Assembly: GCF_964194025.1 (NCBI RefSeq)
Contig: NC_134472.1
Location: forward strand, 62,434,001-62,498,000
Reading direction: 5' to 3'
DNA length: 64,000 bases
Origin: Convolutriloba macropyga
Taxonomy: Eukaryota
The notes under the pieces are model-generated. The model saw only the letters and a program-made list of their open reading frames with translations, was not told the origin of the DNA and did not search any database. Each line of letters opens with the position of its first letter. Within the stretch, counting starts at the first letter, position 1. Shown here in pieces: positions 57,384 through 64,000 of the stretch. A program made the translations under genes and the position numbers.

Positions 57384-60208
57384 TATGATAACTGCCTTCT
57401 TAGTTTGCTTATACCTTTTAGAGGCGGCTGGGTAGGTGCTAGTGCCAAGTGCTATATTGTATGAAGACAGAGTTATCGTTGCAATATCCTTTCTAATAAA
57501 GGCTTTTAATTGCAAGTTTTTGTTAAATGCTATTCGGAGCGCAGGTTTGGTAAAGACGCACTTTTTCTGCTGCAAGTTTTCAATTCAATTTTTTTGGTAA
57601 GCAACTGAACTGTACTGAGCAGAATCGTCTGTCTGAATTTCAAGATAAAAAGTGAGTGCTGTATAAATTTACAATTATCTTTTTCAACCAGTCAAAATTC
57701 AGCATCGTCATATTACGGCTCCTTAGAAAAAACGGAGGCGATGGGTTTCGAACCTTTAATCTTATGATTATAAAAAGGGTTGCCTAGTGTGCTGTGCCAA
57801 GTGGGTCTTGATTAGTGGTGTTGTCAAAGACAGGGGATCTACTGGGCTAGTTAAGTATAAATGGAAAGCAACGTCAATAGTGGTTTGTTCTAAGTTTTTA
57901 TTGAGTATTACAGATCAAAATGCTGAAAGTATACTTTGTGTTTGCTCTTATTTGGCCTTTTATATTCTCATCTGATGTATGCGAAGAAATGGAAATGGGG
58001 AACGCGACTGCTGTATGTTGTGAAAAGAATACAACATGCCGCGTTGCCCAAGTGGATGTGAGTTTCGTGCCATATCGGTGCCATATTTGTCCAGTTGGTG
58101 ATGGTGGGATTAAGATTTGTGTCCTCGATTCTTTCCAAGTTTTGCAATGATGTTCGTGTTGGTCGTGGCAGGCATAGTACGCATGCAGTAGAAAAAAAAG
58201 GCGTGCAGTTTTGTAGAAAAATAGATTAGTGGTTTCTACTGACATAGTGGTGAGGCTCGATGTGTAGATTCAGGGCCTCCTGACCAACCACAATTCTCCT
58301 TAGGTGAGGCATGAGTGTGCCTCTTCTCGGTATCAGGGCTTTCTTCCTCAGAACGTCGAGGTTCGTGGGCTCGCCCTGACAAACGTAGGTGGTTTGCACG
58401 TAAGTGCGGTAAATTGGTGTCTCCGGTATGCCCATTTCGATTAGCAGGGCAAGCCTCCCGTCGAATGAGAAGAGTTCTGGGGTTCAAGCTGATAATTCAT
58501 TAGTTGATGTGCTGCCGTTTTCTTCGCTGTTAAAACTGGCACTGGACAGATAAAGTGATGAATAGTTTCTATTTTTGCTGAGTAGGGTTAGAGTGGGAGG
58601 CCGATCTTTAGATTTGTATCAGTGTGACAGTTGTTTGATAATCTCTTCGGGTTTTTTGCACTTTTCCCCAGGAAGAATAATGTAGTGGTGATCTATCAAG
58701 TGTGGCAGTTCCATTTGTTCCACGTTGTGAGGGGAGTAAAGTAATTAAGTAATTCCCTCGGCATGGCAGTAACTGACAGTCACCAATGGCAGTTTTGGAG
58801 GAAAGTAAATTGAGAACAGTGTGATTGACTGCTCTTTTGATAAAGTTATTCAGAATACTTTTACTGCGAAGAGGTCAAAACTTAATAGCCGCGTTATTCA
58901 TTGATTGTTGGGTTTTTTATCGAAGCTTTGCAACACCGATTAATTGTAATAACGAATAGACAAGATATTCTATTTTATCGAAGTATGGACACTAAATGGT
59001 TCGTTATTTACTTATAACAATATAGGGTTTGATAGGCTAGCATTAATGTTTTTTAAAATTTTAAGCAGAATTATCGTGTTTAGAACGACACCAGGCAGAC
59101 AAGATTTTCTAATCGAAATGAACGAGTTCAAATATCAGTACTACGATCGGAAAAAAATAATAAGTCTCGGATGGAAAGAAGTGGATGGGCGGGGTGTTAA
59201 TTGTTGGAACTTCTTAAAGAATAAGTTAACTATAGAAGGTAAAGGGAGACTGGTTGTAGAGAATGGTTGGCCGGAGGTACCATTGGCAAAAAATAATGAA
59301 GTTATTGTGGGATTACAAGAAAGTTTAATAGAAGGGTTCCGGGGCTGTAAAGATCAGTGCGATGTGTATAATTATGTTAGTAAATTAAAGTTGGAGAATG
59401 GTGATAGCAGGTTGTATCAAGAAGTTGGGTCGTATGCTGGTTTGTGTAATTCAATAGGTTCGACGTTTTGTGTGGATGGTTTTGATGAGTGATGTTTTGC
59501 CAGATGGTTTTACTGTTGTAATGAGAAATGCAATGGTACAATGGAATGAGTGATGGACGGCGGCACATGATAGTGTTTTGAAAACGCTGTGTGGTGAAAA
59601 ATTGTTTCTGATTTGTGGAAGTTATTAGAAATCAAGGAATTTTAATAATGTTCTGGGTACTCCGCAAAATTTTATGGATTTAATATTAAGAGGGGTCCTT
59701 CTGCAAGTGGTTTGGGAAAGGATGTTTGGTTTTTCATTTCGACGAAAGATAATGTATTGTGCCAGCCTTCGTTGTGTGCGCATGCTGTTTTGACTTTTAC
59801 AAGAGGTTTGTCGTTAGTGACTGGCTGGGAGGCGCGCGATCAATCGAATCAATTTGTTGTCGATCGCCATATGATAACTCTCTTCTTAGTTTGCTTATAC
59901 CTTTTCTATCTTTTTAGAGGCGGCTGTGTAGGTGCTAGTGCCAAGTGCTGTATTGTATGAAGACAGAGTTTTCGTTGCCATATTTTTTCTAAAAAAGGCT
60001 TTTAAAAGCAAGTTTTTGCTAAGTGCTATTCGGCGCGCGGGTTCGGTAAAAACGCTCTTTTTTCGCTACAAGTTTTTAATTCAAGAATTTTGGTAAGCAA
60101 CTGAACTGTACTGACCAGAACCGTCTGTCTGAATTTCAATATAATAAGTGCGTGCTGTTTAAATTTCCAAAAGTCTTCTGCAACCGATCAAAATTCAGCA
60201 TCGTCATA
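57384..60208 (-). mobile_element. Non-autonomous LTR element with TATGA...TCATA termini
   Basis: Direct repeats 57384-57712 and 59870-60208, perfect TSD GTCCC (57379-57383 and 60209-60213), minus-strand PBS TGGCGATCG next to the 5' LTR, AAGGAG next to the 3' LTR, no recognisable gag-pol. Confidence 0.8.
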
Positions 60209-60819
60209 GTCCCTAGAACCCTGGTGCCGGAAAAAAAGATTTAAAAAAATAAAAAAAACTTGAAAAAAGTGCAATTTTTAAAAAAAAAAATTGCTGATTT
60301 TAAAGTCTTCAAAAACACTTTCTTACATCTAGAAGCTACGCAGTAAACTATATTCAATCTCTAGAGGAGATTATGTTGCTATTGAGGCTGGAGGAACCTA
60401 AAAATCGACAAAAATCTTAAAATAAAGCAATTAGCAAAAATACTAAAGCAATTAGCAAAAAAAATTAGCAAAAAATCTTAAAATAAAGCAATTAGCAAAA
60501 TAAAGCAATTAACAAAAGTTGAAAACTAGTCCATGATCAAAAAATTTTTTACAGTAACTTATTATCAAACCCTAACGGAAGCTGAAAAACCTGATTAATG
60601 ACAGGACATGATAAGTTTTATTTAAAAAAATGCTAAAGTTCATGGTGTTGAAATCTTGAGAAACATTCCATTACATTTAGAAACAATACATTAACCTATT
60701 GTTGTCAAGCCCTAGAAGAGGTTACTCGGCTCTTGGGGCCCAAAAACCTAAAAAACGGCAACACTTTTCAAAAAACTTGCTAAAATTTGTGATATTATAA
60801 AGTTTAAAACTATTCAACC

Positions 60820-60945
60820 GGGGGGTTGATGGGGAGGGAGGGGTGGTGGTTGGCAACAGTGGGGGGGGGGGGGGGGGCAACAACGCGGTGTGGGTGGGGG
60901 GGGGGGCTGGTGGCAATATGGGGGGGGGCAGTAATGGGGGTGTCT
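60820..60945 (+). repeat. G-rich low-complexity tract with G-quadruplex potential
   Basis: More than six runs of three or more G, the longest 16 G. Confidence 0.7.
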
Positions 60946-62743
60946 TCGACCTCTAAGAACCGCCCTTCACCCCATAAGTAAAAGTCTTCAAAACAGTTTG
61001 AGCTGAAACAGAGCTGAAAGGCTCTAAGAGCACTTAATGCCCGCTGGGCGCTACCTGTTTATCCCATTTTTGAGGACGAAAAGTCAAAAGCGTCAGACGA
61101 AAAATCGGTCAAGCGAGAAATCGCATAAAAAAAGACCGACAGGTCTAATATAATTGCTACAAACTGCGTTTGAGAGCAATTAATGACAGCTATTGAACCA
61201 GCAAAGTCACGGCTCATGCAAACAATTAGTTCTCCGAACTGGGTGTAAAGTTGTTGCTAATTGATAAAGTCAAATTGACAAGTTTTGGGTGGATTTATAT
61301 GCTCAAAATTATCCAAACTGCCTACTTTAATCCCAGAATACGAGTGACAACATCCGTTTTCTGCTCGCCACTGATATTACCGCTATTTATCGTAACTTTA
61401 GTGTGATTTGTATTGACGCAAAAAATAGAATATGTGACAATGATTTTTCACTGTAGACAACAAAAGATAAAAACCACAATTGTACTATTTGCACAGCTAT
61501 GAAACATTTTCGAGCCTCAAATTGAAAAACGAGACAAAAAAGTTATTTTTTGTAATTTTGTAATATGTTACATCTTTTCGTTTCCTTACAATGCATTTCG
61601 TCGTGAAATTGACTAGTAATCTTTATCACATTTTCAGTCGAGATATTTATTAATTGTGCTTTGGCACAGCAGTCCGCACCTTGAACTTTTTTTTTATTGA
61701 ACTGCCTACTTCCCCGATGGAAATTAAGCATCTATAATTGTTATTATTACATCTTCATAAGGGATTTTCCCAATCGAATTGGCCAGTCGCAGCTCTTATT
61801 GCGCTGTAAGTAAAATTCAATCAAATAAAACAAAATTATAGCAAATGGCAATAAAACAGAAATGTTGTTCACAGGACGGAAAAAGATACGGTTCCACAGC
61901 CAATTCCATATATACTTAGAGAGATACCTGTATGCTTCATCTTAGCCTCTCATTGGTTTTTAACGATCTTGTATGAACTTTTTGCAGTGCAAGCAATGCA
62001 CTAGGACATATGCTACCATCATATATAATACTATAAAATAATTTTATGACTATATACTGAGAAATATCGACTCGAGAATTGTGAAAATAGTTGCTACAAT
62101 TTCGCGCAATTTGTGACACCTGGACAACAGTTTTAAAGACAATTTAAAGGCACTTCAAAGAAAATTAAAGACAATTTCCTGTAAAGCATTAATTTCACAA
62201 GAGAGTAACTACAATAAAAATACTGCAAGGGTGCCACATGTAGGATAGAATAAATAATCAACTAATTTTCTGACTTGCATTTGAGGTGTTTTTTTTCTCA
62301 ATTATGCGTCATTTTTTATCAACTGTTTTTCAATGCACTAGTAATTTACAACTCTGCAAGAGTATATTTGAAGTAAGTAAGTCCGGCATTTTAGATGAAG
62401 CACTTTTACCAATTCTGATGAGTACAATTAGCCAACTGGAACTCAGATATGATCACCACTTTTTGCGAAATCAGGATTTGTCAGTGAAAACTTTTCATCG
62501 TTTTTCACCAGACACATTTCCAAACGAATATTGACGCAATTTTCCATCATTTTCATGATATTCCCCCAAAAATTATTAGGTAATATTAACTTTCGTACAG
62601 TTTTGCATAATCATGACAGTTAATACTTTAAAGTTTTAGCTTAATAAATGAGGAAAAGTGCGAAAATGTGTTGAAAGTGACCTTGCTTTCAGAAAACAAA
62701 TGTCAATATCTCAAATCCCCGAGTTGTTAATACCAGGTAAAGT

Positions 62744-63003
62744 TTATGATTTGCCAGTTTGTTCTAATTGGGGTGGCACGTTTAAGAAACAGCTGGGCTG
62801 TCTTGACACTGTGGGTGTGCTCTGAAATAGGATGTCACTTCCGGTGGAATGGTGGATTGATTCCTCCTCCTGCTCTAGGAAGAGGGCATTGGGTTGGGAG
62901 TGAGATCGAGAGCGTGATATAATTGGGGAGAGCAGGTCCATCTGGCGTGTCTTCACAAACAGCTGAGAGGGGGGCACTCTTTGCTGCCTGGACATCGGAG
63001 TGC
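62744..63003 (-). other. Candidate exon or short ORF of an unidentified gene
   Basis: GC-richer island with acceptor GTGTATTTTAG| and an open Ser/Pro-rich frame (MSRQQRVPPSQ...); no homology recognised. Confidence 0.3.
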
Positions 63004-64000
63004 CTAAAATACACGGTTATGCCACCAATAAAAAAAATGGCTCAGAAACGCATAATTGATCGTTTTTTTAAACAACAACTTCAGAAAGCAAGATGAAAAA
63101 TTTCGCTGAAAAATCTTTTACTAGATGAGCAAAATTTTTAGCATAAAAATTGTATCCCGTGAAATGCATCTTTTTTCAGCCCGTGTCAGTTCATCTGTTT
63201 TATATTTCCATTACCGCGCCAATCCTACATATCAGCCTTGTCCGCGTTTGCGAACATGTTGGAAGAGATTTTGTCACCACTTAGCACGTGGAAGAAATAT
63301 GATTAAATTGTGTTCAACGGTGTAAAAGTTGCGGACAACCTTTAACAAATTACTTCACTGATCTCGCGTTTTTGCGTTTTTTGTCATCAATGTCCGCAAT
63401 TTGTGAGCAGGGGTATCGTCAATGTCCACCATTTTGAGCATGCTTATTCGATTTTAATTTTGTGCTTTGCTCCAGATTGAGTTTTAATTTGGTTTGCGGC
63501 CATTGATTACATTATAAACTACAAAATCAATGACGGAAATGTGCGTGTGTCTTGTTCACAGTTTTCACATGTAGATCAAAGCGTACAAAAAATGAGCTGC
63601 AATTAACTCACCATTATGTTTTCTTTATTTTAGCTCATCCAACAGAGAATTTGGACTGAGTGGTGATCATTCATTTTAATGGCGTCAAGCACTAACTGAT
63701 GCATCAAAAATCAGACATTACTGTATTTAGCTTCAGACTGTCTTGATACAAAACCCTCAATTCTGAATAGACAATATTCGAAATTTGATTATTCTAACAA
63801 AAAGCCTCGGTGCAGTTTTTCTTCATACAAAAAAATTAGATTTTTGGATATTTTAAGAAAATACGCCAGTGCTGTTTGATATTATACATAAACTTAGTAT
63901 TCTGATAATTAAAATAAGAAACCCTAGTGCTATTTTGTTTTCACTCACTGATATTTGGGTCCTAAAAAAGAATGATAAAATGATCAATCTATTGCAAATA

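Noticed and set aside
57727-57806. Functional tRNA gene
   Set aside because: A and B boxes are present but the acceptor and anticodon stems do not pair.
59046-59492. 148-aa plus-strand ORF as a host gene
   Set aside because: No recognisable motif; it lies inside a decayed LTR element whose coding remnants are on the opposite strand.

Overview
AT-rich eukaryotic (invertebrate-type) genomic DNA dominated by retroelements around one intact host gene, an intronless 1297-aa cyclin E on the minus strand (22147-26040). The cyclin E has a ~930-aa low-complexity N-terminal extension with an LxCxE motif and a C-terminal LLTPPQD degron. The mobile elements, from left to right: (1) a decayed Ty3/Gypsy element with three LTRs and a duplicated flank (2056-9446), plus a related solo LTR (12535-12992); (2) two Penelope-like elements whose RT carries a PHD finger between motifs B' and C, each with a minimal hammerhead remnant; (3) a head-to-tail array of RTE-clade LINEs (35321-43825), where each full copy starts with an HDV-like ribozyme and has a KOW-like motif plus two C2HC zinc fingers inserted inside the RT, and the copies are separated by N-runs whose lengths (204, 222, 428) fit a 204-nt unit; (4) L2/CR1-like fragments; (5) a BEL/Pao element with an intact 5-bp TSD whose 5' part is replaced by inverted copies of its own pol, with one junction filler matching the neighbouring RTE; (6) a non-autonomous LTR element with TA...TA termini. 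All calls were made by eye from the sequence and the ORF track; no database searches or folding programs were run.
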